A stretch of DNA of 63,127 bases, the filler included, from Sphacelaria rigidula (lineage: Eukaryota): assembly GCA_964200075.2 (NCBI GenBank). It is 11 parts of 11 records of this genome, joined end to end, with 100 filler letters (N's around TTAATTAATTAA, not from the genome) between each part and the next. Parts side by side here need not be neighbours in the genome. Positions count along the whole stretch, not along the records: positions 22,995 to 28,642 come from CAXNAA020025573.1; positions 28,743 to 34,390 come from CAXNAA020025574.1; positions 34,491 to 40,138 come from CAXNAA020025575.1; 8 more parts are not named here. One strand, 5' to 3'. How positions within the stretch are numbered: position 1 is the first letter of the stretch; the number at the start of each line of letters is the position of its first letter. The notes beneath the pieces were generated by a model. That model was not told the origin of the DNA. It was given only the letters and a program-made list of their open reading frames with translations, and searched no databases. This document shows, one piece after another, positions 24,677-37,379 of this stretch. The position numbers and the translations under genes were made by a program.

Positions 24677-24920
24677 GCACGTACTATGATTCGAAATAGC
24701 TGAACCGAATGTATGTCCCCTTAATCTGCGTGCCTCGCATAACTTCGCCGCCGAAGGGCTCTCAGAAAAAAAAGAAAGATTCGCGGTCAAATGAGAGGTG
24801 ACACGGGGCATTGATTGCATCGTCAGCAGATTTCAATTTTCACGACATTGCTCAGTATCCACAACCGTTGTACCTATACACGATCCATCTTGCTTGCAAA
24901 ATGCTGAACTGCCGTCACAG

Positions 24921-25090
24921 CTCTGTCTGATGAGCGGAGAGATCATCGCCATGTCCAGCGTGATGTCCATGATGTTCGAGCCCATGGATCTACTCGTGGC
25001 TTCCCCCGCGACGGTAAGCCGCTGTGGCATGATTTACATGGAGCCCGAGAAACTGGGGTGGCAGCCGGTCCTTGATTCATGGATACGTCG
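24921..25090 (+). CDS. Axonemal dynein heavy chain, exon C
   Basis: LCLMSGEII...[35 protein letters not shown] donor in phase 2. Confidence 0.96.
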
Positions 25091-26546
25091 GTGAGCGATG
25101 ATGCAGCATTAACTGCGATGTCCACTGAAGAGTGTCGAAGTCACTTTCAAGGTGTCGGCGGTATACCTGAAGTATGACAAACGGTGTGCATACAGTGTTC
25201 GAAAATCGATCAGCATACGAGTATTCAAGTGGAAAATCAAAATCAGTACCCACTGTTGTATCGATCTCACGTAGGGCAACCCATTTCTACCAGCGTGAGT
25301 CAGATAAATATATCGCTCAAGCGCTTGCCCGGTGGCCTTGCGAATTCCTTTGCGTCATTTGTCTTTTCGCCCTTTGCCTTTTCTTTTCTTTCCCTTCTCT
25401 GTCGGTGTGCTTCTCTCATCAGCAGATCTGAAGGGTTTTTTTTTCCCCGTTGAACTCGGGGAAGCTACTTCTCATCTTTTTCTTGACGTACCTCTTTTTA
25501 TTTTCACTTTGTTCATATTTTAGTTGATTGCGTTTGCTCTTGTAAGTAGGCTGGAATCTAAAAAACATTATGGAGAACTCTATGTCTTGTAAGGAATAGC
25601 AAACGGACGGTATTGGAAAGGCGAGCCTACGTCTGTGACCCCGGGTTTGAGAGATAGGACTAATGTGCGGGAATAATAATAATGAATAGCGTTCACGTGA
25701 CGAAGTTCATTGTGAACAAGACGAAGCGCCTGCAGTTAAACTAGCATTTCTAGTATTTTCATCAAGCACGCTTCGTTGTAAGTTTGCTGTTGCCACATGG
25801 AGGTGGGATGATGGGGAAGAACCCTCCTCCCACCACGTATATGCAAACATTTGAGTAATCCTACGATAGGGGGAAGGGGAGGGATAGTCTGGGATTTTTC
25901 TCCACGAAAGCAACAGCGGTTGTTCGAACGCGCTTGTTACCGAAAGTATCACTCATTTACGCTGCTTGACACTGTATTCACCTAAGTACAAGCGAACCGT
26001 AAGGGTGTTAGATCGTCTGATACACCCAGGAGCCTTCTTTCGTGGAATAATTACCCCCGCCCCCCCCCCCTGTCGTAGGATGGGTCATTTTGTTATCTAT
26101 GTCGTAAATGTTTTCAGGTAACCGAAGATATTCGCGACGAATAGCCAAGCGCTAAAGATATGGCTGTAAATAGCGCCTTCGGCTATCTATTTTCCTTCGC
26201 CACGAAGCGTAAGGGACGATTGGTACGACCGCCCTTAACTCCGTCACACTTGAAAAAATATAATGTTAGGCGGTGTACGCTATTCTACGCTCACCTATCG
26301 AGTCCCTGATGGATGACGGGTACCGCAAGGCGTGTCATGTTCACAATCGAACTGCCGGCTGCCACACACTTTTACTAGTGTTGAGGAAATATTTATGTGA
26401 CATAGTTCGAATCATTACGCGATACCAAGATATTACCCTGCTCTCGTATCGGGTCCTTCGGTTCATTGGACTCCGATCCTTCAAGACTTACTCGCTCGTC
26501 TTGTCAGTTCACCTTGACCATCATAACATCAATTTATGTACGATAT

Positions 26547-26580
<34 letters not shown>

Positions 26581-26882
26581 CCATCTCAGGAGGCTAAGGT
26601 TTCGAATGCGCGTACTATTGGTCATTGATTGTAGGGGAACAAATGCCCCATACACACGTTCAGCGACACGAAATAGACAGCCGACATTCGCGAATCTGCT
26701 CCTGCTTTAAACGGCACGGCCGTTCATCTATGTGCACGCTAGGAGTACTTGCTGCGTACACCTTACCCTCAGCTCGTACAGCCGTGCGTAGCTCATCTCT
26801 GTGGGAGCGTAGGCGCGGTCGGTCTGGTATGGACGCCAGGAGTGTAGTACCAATGGATGATGACCCTTTCCTTGCATGACAG

Positions 26883-27093
26883 GCATCAAGCGAAGGAAGT
26901 AGCTGTCGGTGAGGATCAGGCTACAAGCGTCGAGGGAGAAACTGGGGGGGGAGCGGAGGAAGCCGGCGGTGAGCCAGGCGCTACGCAGGCGAAGTTTACG
27001 CTGTCCGCGGCAGAGTGTTCTTTAGTGCGAGAGCTGTTTGCGTGGCTGGTGGAGCCGTGTCTCGCTTTCTTGCGAAGAGAGATATCCGAGATG
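26883..27093 (+). CDS. Axonemal dynein heavy chain, exon D
   Basis: Phase-2 acceptor GACAG; LVRELFAWLVEPCLAFLRRE; GTGAGA donor. Confidence 0.88.
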
Positions 27094-27744
27094 GTGAGAA
27101 TAAATGGATCGAGATCAGCTTCGTGTGCTACCACGTCCAGTATGTTGTTTACATACTGTTGTACAGTACGTGTGTTTCTACCTTCTTCGCTTGCCCAATG
27201 GTGCCGAAACCTCCACGGCTAGTTTTTGAAAATAAACAACCACCATTATGTGGATATAAGCACATATAACAGCGCAGTATTCTCTGACAGTGAACGACGC
27301 TTTGGCCTCCCTGGGCAGATGGCAGCCAATGCTTTCGATACGATTTTCTTCTCTTTTTACCCAGGACCCGGGGTTCTTAACGCGTATACTGTGGGAAAGT
27401 CGTCAGTAGGGTATTAAAAAACATCCAGATATAGGATTCATTGGAAATCAGCAATCACACTCGATGGGTCAGTTCACTTCATGCTGAGGACGAAATACAG
27501 ATACCCGCGGCCCTCTCCGGTCCCGCCTCGATTCTTAAACATCCTCCGCCTTTAGAATATCCTACACCTTTCGAAAAGGCTGGAAGTAAATCGGAATGCA
27601 CATCTTTGAGATGTTGATTTTTTTCTTATCCGGCTGCTTGACGACCCACCCCGACAAAAAGTGCTGCACTCGATGCCTGGGTTGGAGATGAGACCAGACG
27701 CGACGACCGCAATTCTTCCCGGTGCGTGTGCACGCCCACAAAAG

Positions 27745-27930
27745 GTCCCAACAGTAGACACCAACCTGGTGCAGTCCCTGATCAACATCATGGAGTGTCA
27801 GCTGGAAGAAGCATTCGAGGCTACGGAGGAGGCAGCGGCGGGAGGGGGAAAAACAAATTCGAAGCGAAAGGCGTCCCTGACTGTCCCGGCGGGCGTTGAG
27901 GTCGCTGCCTCTGATACCTTGGATCCGAAG
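27745..27930 (+). CDS. Axonemal dynein heavy chain, exon E
   Basis: VPTVDTNLVQSLINIM; phase 0 at both ends; 3' boundary less certain. Confidence 0.82.
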
Positions 27931-28197
27931 GTGCTAAAAAAGTAGGAATAACGCCTCCCTCACACCGATCGTTCTAGGACGAAATTTCGTCAAAAAAATG
28001 AAACATGTCGAAACTTCGCTGCTGCGGTAGCCGTCTCGTAGTTCTGGCTCCAACTCTGGTTAACACAGTTTGTGTAGCATGATCAATGAGTTCTCCAGCA
28101 AAGCTATCCGAAGGGTTGCTGGTCTTGGAAACTTTCTACACGTGCTATTACGTAACGAATCCCACGGTCCGTTATTTTTGGTCTTCATTTTTCAAAG

Positions 28198-28374
28198 GTT
28201 GTCGCTGCACGCGCAAGGCACATCGAGTGTTGCTTTATGTTCGGTCTAGTCTGGTCGGTGGGGTGCACGGGAGTGGAAGCCGGCCAGAGAGCCTTCTTGG
28301 AGTTTTTGAGTAGCGTCACCCACGATCTCGGGGTGATAGAGACGGAATGGGAAGGAGTCAACAACGCATTGCAG
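28198..28374 (+). CDS. Axonemal dynein heavy chain, exon F
   Basis: IECCFMFGLVWSVG matches the dynein FxFxxxWSxG motif; CAG|GTGGGA donor. Confidence 0.88.
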
Positions 28375-28485
28375 GTGGGAAAGAGAGAAAGTGAGAAAGA
28401 GGGGGATGCTTCCAAGAAAAAAAAAACTTTGAAGTTTGAAGATAGCGCCGTTTGTTTCAAAGATGACAGTTGTGCGTACGCAATA

Positions 28486-28642
<157 letters not shown>

Positions 28643-31600
28643 NNNNNNNNNNNNNNNNNNNNNNNNNNNNNNNNNNNNNNNNNNNNTTAATTAATTAANN
28701 NNNNNNNNNNNNNNNNNNNNNNNNNNNNNNNNNNNNNNNNNNCTCGGGTTGGGGCAGCCAACAAGACGTGAGCCTCGCTCAAAATAAGATGTTCTTAGGT
28801 GCGGGCGCCCTCTGTAGGTTATTATTCCGACCTAGCCCACAGCGGGGATGAGTGAGGGACACGTCTATACGCCGAATGTGAACGCTTTTGTACACGCCCG
28901 TTCAGACTTTCGAATCAACGTTTTCAGGGGGGGTGGGGGGGTCGGAGGAAATCAGGACGAACACAGAGCATCTATCAGAGAGCCAAATATGTGCGGCAGT
29001 ATAAAGAAGCGGTTGCCATAACACTTCGGAGTTGTTTGTCGAGGACGGGTGCGAACCCCGATACCGGACGATTGGCTTACGCTTTGTTGGAATCACCGTA
29101 CATCGTACGCAGCAACTACTTTCAGCTGATGCACGTCAGCTTGAGATTTCATGAGCTTTGTCAACACGTAGCTGTACGTCACCTCGAGGTTGGAATGCGC
29201 CTCGAAGAATCTACGAGATGAAGGCATACATTTCCTCCAGGGGATAGTATTTGATGAATCTGCTTCATGTAGTCGTTGATTTATGCTCGTATTTAAATTA
29301 ACCATGGGGGGCTTGAAGATAGATGAGATGTCATCTATGTCTTCGGCGCCTCCAACAATATTGAGTGTTACGCCGGTCGATGTCTGCGTGATAGCTTGTC
29401 CCCTTTTGATGGGAAAATGCCATCCTCGGTTATAGACAAGCAAGTGAAATGACCGAGTGATCTTGGCGGGGCTTACTACTTCCCCGCGCAATGCCGCTGC
29501 CCATTGTCCGACTCTATGAGTGCTCCCGCTCATTCATGGGTCGCCTCTTATTATCATCCCGGTTGAGATTAATCTATTTTTCCTGCACTGGTCCTGCGCT
29601 CGAAATGGCGCCCTCCGTACCATTGATATGCGTTTTTTTACAACAAACGGGGGCCGAAATCATCTGGGCATGTGCAAGGGCTTACGCCGAGCGCCACCTC
29701 TCCTCGCCTCCTTTCTCGCCAAGGCGTCTTCCCGCTCAAGTTGCTCCTCCACCTGACCAGTGACAAGCCGATGGACAGCGACAAACCGATGCACGACGAT
29801 TTCGAGTTTCGGGGAGACGTGCCTGTGATTTGAGGGATATGCCGTGCGTACGTTACAAAGCCTAACACCCCCAAGATGTTGGCTTTCACATTCGGGCCTC
29901 GTGCGAAAATTTACTACCCCGAATGTTCGAGGTATCTTGTGCATACCTTTTTTAAGCGTCGCTCTAGCTGCGCCCGCTCGGCCTCCAGCACCACGAGCGT
30001 CGCTTCCGCTCGAGCGGTGCTCATTCCCGCAGTCGTGCTACTGCGGCTTGTTTCCCTGGTGGACAACCATCACAGTGGTTTTAAGTCAGCGACTCTTTGC
30101 CTGGGGTATAACAAAGCCAAGTTTCTTATCCGCTCGCCGCAAGGGTTCGGCTGTTTCCTATTTGGTCATTTATTATTTTGTGGCTCCATGACTTCCTATA
30201 ATAGGAACCAAGCTTTACGTTGTCATCTAAACGCTTCCTACCTAGTAGCGGGCCCGGTTTGTAGCCCTATCCGACACGCTTCGACTGTGGAAGGCGCAAG
30301 TATGAAAAAGAAATTGGTCAGGATGAATGGAGTTTGCTGCACTCTCCATATTATGCTGTACACATGCTGCCGACACACTACCGACCGACACATTTATGTG
30401 TGTCGCCCTGTACGGACTGCTGTTGGCCTTATAATGGTTAGCTGGCAAAGGGTACGTACCTTCTCGTTGACAGTAAGTACGAGCTGTTGCTACCCACACT
30501 ACTGCGTGCGCTCAGAGTCCTCTGCGAGTCGCAAGACCTGCCGCTCACACAGCTCCTAGTGGAGGCTAACAAGCTTGATCGCTCATCCCGCACCAAGTTC
30601 TGCCGTGCTTCATCCGATCTCACACTCCGAGGTGTCCCGGATGTGCTCTCGACACATTTAGCGGCCGGGTTTTTGTGCTTGTTGTTCCTACTCCCCCCCT
30701 CTGCTTCGCTTCGTCCTGTAACTGGTTTTCGGGGTGTCTTGACGTTATTCCTCTGGCGTTCGGAAGGCAATGCAGGTTTTTGCTCGTTACGTGTCGAGAT
30801 GCTTTGCTCCTTTGGGGGCTCATCGTTGTCCTTGATGCACGTTCTGCGTTGTGCGCGACAGAAAGTTCCCGATTCACGGTGTAAGTGATGCGTGTACATG
30901 AGCGATCGCTACGGATGCCGCCAACAAGAGGCGGGCGGCCGAATGGGGAGACCCTCGTAGTACTGCGTTGTACATCACCATCATGCCCAGCCGAGTGCGG
31001 ACACACTGTACGTGCGAGTAGTACTTACATGTTTTGGTCTCACAGTAAGACATCACTAATGATTACGGTATCGCTTAGTAGTAAAGGAAGCTGATAACCT
31101 GGGGGTCCTAAATGCTGAACATTGAACATTGTACCACCACTGCAATACACGGTGGGTAATGAAATGCGCCCACGTTCGAAGGTATCCGTGAAATTGATAC
31201 TCACGGGAGGTGGGTGCTGGGCACTTTCATCATGAGTTTGCCGTCAACAAGGAGGCCTCTTTCCCGGGAGGTATTTGCTGATGTGCTGATGATGCAAGTA
31301 GAAGCTGCTGATGCCGGCCTGCGGCAAAAAAAATGATGTAGTGATTTTGTTGACCCTCCGTCAGACCTGGGCCGGCGAGCCTCAAGATCGATGGCCGACA
31401 CGACAGCTGGTGGTGGCAATGTTTGGTATCTTGATGTTTGGTCGTCGTCACAGAAGTATTCGCACCCTACTGTGCCGCACCGTATCTCCTACAAGATGAT
31501 TCAAAATATTACAAGCTCATCCGATGTAGCTTTGAGGGGGCTCGGAGTGTCTTTGCGCCCATAGAGCAGAAGGTCGAGCGCCGCCGAACGTTTGAACATG

Positions 31601-33079
31601 TCGGCTTTCGGGCCGTTTCATCCTATGGTGTGGATATTTTCGTCCGTTTGGTCGCCACACTAGGTTTCCTCCGGTAGTACTTTTGCCCCCTCTATTCCTT
31701 ACACACATGAGACTCCTTGTCTCTTATTATAGAAGGAAAAATAAGGAATAAACTTTTAAGCATCTAGTACAGATATCCTGGGGGTGGTCAGGGGTTTATA
31801 TGATGTTGTGGCACAATGCAACTACATTGCTGTCTCGCGGTTTTAATCTGAATAATCAGATCGCGGGTCTGTAACATTTGGCAGTGTGACGATCAAAACA
31901 TTACAATATCTCGGACCAATTTCAGCTGTTCCTCTGCTGCCAACTTGTGCTTTGCTGTGGGCAAATCTCAACGTCAAGATGCAACGAGGTTTCGGTGAGT
32001 AAGTATTGATTTATTGCTGATCAACAACTTCTAGTATTTCCGTTTGTATATAGGTGGCAATGAAAGGTGGAAGTCTCCAGTCGTTTGAAAAAGCGGACGT
32101 TTTTTTAGTTCATAGCACCGACTTACTGTACTAATGTCTTTGTCTGCATTGTACTGCAGCAGTGCCGTTCTCATTGTGGTATCGTGGCGGAGTTCAGCTT
32201 AAATTACTCCGAACATGAATGTTCTTCGATTCGCAATATTCCTTATTGGCAAGAAATCCCTGACGACTACTTTTCCGTCGTGCAAAGTGTGCTCGCTCTA
32301 CGCAGCGCGGTGTTTCTCGAGGATATCGAGGTCACAAGAATTGTTGGGGGTGCTATGCACCGTCATCGAGGGTGATACGGCGGCACAGACTCCAAAGAAT
32401 ATTTGCACCGCTGGCTATATCTCGTTGGTGTCGTGGTGAGGCTCTACTCTGGCGCAGTTTACACTGCTGTTGCATATGCTCGTTTGCTTGCTGTGCTACT
32501 TTCCCCCCTGGCGCGTATTCACCAAATGCCTCGTTATAGTCGCGGTGTTCTCCTACAATACAGCACTCGGTATGCCATGATGTCACGAGCGGACCTTATC
32601 GAGTGCCCCGTCTTTGCGCAACCGTCCCACGAACAGTACCGCATTGCGTTGTATCGCTATGTTTCCTGTTCTCGTCCCTATTGGACCGTTTCGTAGCCTT
32701 CTCCTCTTGCATTTTCCCTCCATACTGTGCACATGAGGTTAGATGCGGCCTGATGAACGGTGAGAAGGTCCTTTGGTAACATGAAAAATACTCCGTATTA
32801 CTCATATGTGGTATGTTTTCCGCAGGAGTGGATTGGCTGGGATGGATTTTCGGTTGTTCCGGGGGACTTTAGCCACAGTTACGAGTAGACACAACAGGGG
32901 CAAAAATAACCCTTCTTGCATTTAGGGTCGCGAATGGATCCATTTTATCATTTTAAGATAGGATGGTGACTGCAAGTCTACGCGCATATGCACGACGCAG
33001 GCGTCAACTTTTTGGGATATATTTTCGGATTTTGTTATACGAGCTGGTTCACGGCAAATACCCAAAAAACACTCATCGG

Positions 33080-33750
33080 CAAAACCTCACGCCGTTTTAA
33101 GGAGTTAGACCTTGAAATTTTGCACGGAATTTCTATGGGTCATTACATAACTTTCGGACACCTACTTTTTTTTGTTCACTTTTTTATTTTTTTCACCGTT
33201 CTTGAGGGTCCTCATTTTTCTGGAAAACATCGATCTAATCGGAACGCCGTAAAAAGACTAAAAAAAAGTCGTTATTCCGAAGTTGCGTAATCACCCATAG
33301 AACAGCTGTGCAAAATTTCAGGATCTAACTCCTTAAATCGGCGTGAGGTTTTTCGCTTTTGTGCGATAAACCGTGGCGTACCGCGGTGAAACCGCAAACT
33401 ACTCGATTTTTTATTTTTGTTCCAAAACGGCGTTTTTGGGCCTTCTTTGACGTGAACATGAAAATTCAAGAAGCAGATGATCGATTTTTACGACGAAATT
33501 TTTTCGGACCCTTCCTTGGCCTATGCGGCGACAAATCGTGCGCGAGATAATGAAAAAAAAATCGTAGTGCCGGTTTTTCGGGGTCCCAGAATGGATAGTA
33601 CTTCGAAAAACGACTTCGATCCCGTCGGACCCCCGAAAAATGGTGAACACCTGAAGGAGTAAAAAAAACACCGTCCGCAAAAAGTTGCGTAATGATACAT
33701 AGCATATGTGTGCAAAGTTTCAGGATCTAACTCTTGACAACGGCGTGAAA
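33080..33750. repeat. Inverted and direct subterminal-type repeats of a probable non-autonomous DNA transposon
   Basis: GTGCAAA.TTTCAGGATCTAACTC.TT...CGGCGTGA at about 33308 and 33710 and in reverse at 33085-33125; arms of about 95 bp span 33080-33350. Confidence 0.6.
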
Positions 33751-34490
33751 GTTTGCGCGTGTGTGGAGGACGTGGACTTGAAACGTGCAACTCCCAACTA
33801 CTTGGTTTTAGTATGGAAACGTCTTTTGAGGTGAATTTCACGTCGAGGCGAGAAAAACTGTATGAGGTTTTCGAGTTTCTCCACCAACCTTTGTACATGT
33901 GTTTCTTGGACTATCCCGGGACGCATCATTTTATCATTTTTATTTCAGGGCATTCTGTACCGCCTTCCGGCGGGTCTTCATACTGGGACCCCGGAAACCG
34001 GTAGAGAATAGAGAAACCATGACATATGTTCAAGAATACATTTTTTTCAATTCGGAGCATCAATACCTACGGAACTGCCAAGTTTGAGGACGATTTGAGC
34101 GTTTCTACGACAGCTATAGCGGACACCGTCACGAGGCTCCGTGGGTTTTTCGTGCGTATCATTAATGGAAATTAGACGACGCCAACACCCGAAATCGTAG
34201 AAACATTACGGTTTCGGGTATAATTCGACTCCCGTAGTAACCGTTTAAAAAACATAATTGTCTCATTAGATTCCCGTGCCGATGACGGTTACTACGATTT
34301 GAAGCATGTGGAGATTGGGTGAAAATTGGGCTTGGAATCCGTATTTTCGATCTCGGAACAGTTTGAACGGCGCTGATTGATTGATACACANNNNNNNNNN
34401 NNNNNNNNNNNNNNNNNNNNNNNNNNNNNNNNNNTTAATTAATTAANNNNNNNNNNNNNNNNNNNNNNNNNNNNNNNNNNNNNNNNNNNN

Positions 34491-35890
34491 GTGGATTCCG
34501 TCGGATGAGGCTCGACAAACTCGCTTCATGGTGTGCGCTCACATGCGGACGGCTGGTCACCGTGGTGTGGCGCCGACTCTGTTTCGTTTCAAAGAATACT
34601 GTGTGTGGCCTCGCATGGATTCCCACGTTCGCGAGTTCGTTCGCCAGTTTTTGCATTGTGTAGACACTCGTGCCGGTGCGGTTGTGCCTCGTCCGTATGG
34701 CGATACTGTACATGGTACAGCGCCAGGTGAAGTTTACTTTTTATTTTCTGTACTCGGAAGTAGCGGACCTAGAGGTGCTAATGGTTTGCCTGATGAGGAT
34801 GGTTTTCGGTGCGTTTTGGTTATCATAGATGATTTGTCCAGTTTTGTTTGGTCGGAGCCGACCGAGGCTTGCACCACCGAGATTACGGCTAAGCACTTGA
34901 TGCATTGGTGCAAGACTTTGTGGGGGTGCCGCGTGTGTGGGTTGGTGATACCGCCACGCACTTCAAGAATCGAGTGATCGTGCAGCCGAGCGACGCGCTC
35001 AAGGTGCAACACCAATTTGCTGTTGCGTATGCCCCTTGGTCGAATGGTGCTTGTGAACGCATGGTGAAACAGGATATTTGTGCGTTGCGGTTCATTTTGT
35101 CGGAACAAAGACAGCCGGTGTCTGGATGGGTTGATATTTTGCCAGCCGCTCAGTGGGTGTTGAGTACTTCTTCTCGTGAACGCTACCGTAACACTCTGTT
35201 TTGTGTGATGTTTGAGCGTGCGCCGCGTACAGCGTTTTCCGCACTGGTTTCTGTCACTGGCGGCGAGTGCAACGTCGATGCCATGGATGCTGATTCGTTG
35301 CGTGACAAGGTTTGAGGCGTGGTTGACGAGCATTTGCGGCTTTGTAACGAAGTGCAAGCTGCTATCACGGTGTCTCGCGAAACCAAACGCGAGCTTGCTC
35401 CGGACCAGGCCGTGCTGCCCGAGTTTGCAGTTGGACATTTCGCCTTGTTTGCCCGTGTTCGTAGGCAAGGTTTGACGCCCAATTTGATGTTCACGTGGAC
35501 TGGTCTCTGTAAAGTGGTCGGAGTCAATCACGCTCACGTGTATTCGGTGCGGAACATGGTTTCTGGCGCCGTGCCCTCGGCCCATGTCGCTCGTTTGCGT
35601 TTCTATGCTGACTCGCACATGCACATCACTGCGGAACTAAATATGTATTTCAGCATTCGTATGCTCAAGATGAATGTCGGATGAATGCTTTGGTGCACGT
35701 CGCTGAGGATGACAATGGTGATGTCATTGTTTTGGTCGGTTGGGACGGGTTTGGTGCTGAAGAACGTACGTGGGAGTCTATTAGCAAGATTCATTCTTCT
35801 GCGCCTGCATTGTTTTCGAAGGGACTGCGTAAACTGCGGTTGACTCGGGTGCTGACGAGTAAATTAGCGTCGGAGTATGGTATTGTTGAT
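34491..35890 (+). mobile_element. Degraded Ty3/gypsy integrase with chromodomain
   Basis: H2C2 motif (AHMRTAGHRG..WPRM..LHC), IIDDLSSF, VGDTATHF, PWSNGACER, WTGL, LVGWDGFGAEERTWES; several frameshifts. Confidence 0.92.
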
Positions 35891-36962
35891 TCTTTTTTTT
35901 CACGGAAAGTCGGGGAGGGCACGGCATGGGTGTAATTCGTGCGCAAAAGACATGACACGGCACATTGCATCTCAACTCCCACACGCGGGGAACTGTCATC
36001 TTCTATTTTTAGAGCTTACATCACATTAGCTCAATTCCTTGAAGACATTAGTTCTCTCTCTCCGACCCGTGGTCACGGGGTGCAAGGAGCTTACCACCCA
36101 TGATCATAAAACCAAGAATTGACAGAGGATGTCATTAAACAAAAACGGGACACAAAAAAACGAGCCCGCAAAAACCGATCGAACTACAAGGAACATATTG
36201 CAAGCTGAAAAAATACCGGCGTGCGATCTAGACGGCCAAATGGCCACCTACTGCTGCATGTACGTGTAGAAACAGTAAACGCAGGAATCGACATGTCGCA
36301 GGCAGCGAGAATCACCCCGTAATAGACCTAGTGATATTGAAAAAGATCCCAGGTCCAAGGAAATGAGGAAATGGCTTCATCACCCAAGCATCAACTGACT
36401 TGGCTCAACGTCAACATCAAGTGGGTTGATCACCCTATTATTAGTTCGGTGTAACTACCCAGAGCTAATCCAAGTCCGATTAACTCAAATATTTCTGCCC
36501 TAAAAGCAGAAAATTCGTAATGTATGGGAAATAGTTTCAAACTAAGGCAATATAGAACTTAGGACACTCCTAATCCCCCCCCCATCTCGGCCCCCAAAAA
36601 GCGCCGGGAAGAAAAAGTTTATTTGACCACGTTTCTGTACAGAAGACGACACAACACCGAAAGAACCAGAGCCCACAATGAGAAGAAACGGAGCCGCTAA
36701 AAAGTCACAGACGCTGCCGGAAGCTGACGTGGATAATGACGGATGTGACGAAGTCCGTCACGTTCCGAGTGTAGGCATCTGGTTTTGGAACGCATCGCTG
36801 TAGAAAGAAGTTAGGCAAGCGGCAGAGTAAAGGAACGGACGTGAACAAGCGTGCAGGCTGGAAAATTGCACTGAGGCATGTTGAAAGCAAGAAAAAAGGC
36901 TGCCACCGATAAAAGCAAGCATTGAAGGTGGGAGAGGGCAGGATAAAAATGGGACTATGCAT

Positions 36963-37379
36963 AACAGGGGATTCTATGAAATGAGGTTGATCAATGAAAT
37001 GAGGTTTGAGCAGGCTAGCCAGTATGCGACAAAAACCCGGGGGAAGTACCGTCCGCGAGTGCCTTCGATCATTTTCGGGGGGAGGGGGGGGGAGGGGGGG
37101 GGGGCCTTTTATTTGTTGCTTGCCTTAGTCGTTTGATTATTGACCTTTCGAGACGTTAAATTAAAGTGCGATAATCAAAATTAAATATCAAAAATCAACC
37201 AGACGGGGCGTGGTCAATGATCAAGCGACTAAGGCAAGCAACAAATGAGTACGCCCCGACCCCCCGAAAATGATCGAAGGCACATGCGGACGGTACTGCC
37301 CTGGGGTTTTTGTCGCATTCTGGCTAGCCTCCTCAAACCTCACATCATTGATCAACCTCATTTTATGGAATCCCCTGTT
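36963..37379. mobile_element. Foldback MITE of about 417 bp with (A)ACAGGGGATTC...GAATCCCCTGT(T) ends
   Basis: Inverted arms of about 180 bp; TSD ambiguous (TA, or GCAT/ACAT). Confidence 0.88.

Noticed and set aside
29093..32440. Scattered exon-like ORFs (e.g. 29660-29825 minus, 30487-30660, 32184-32330)
   Set aside because: No recognisable domain, and no phase-consistent gene model could be built.
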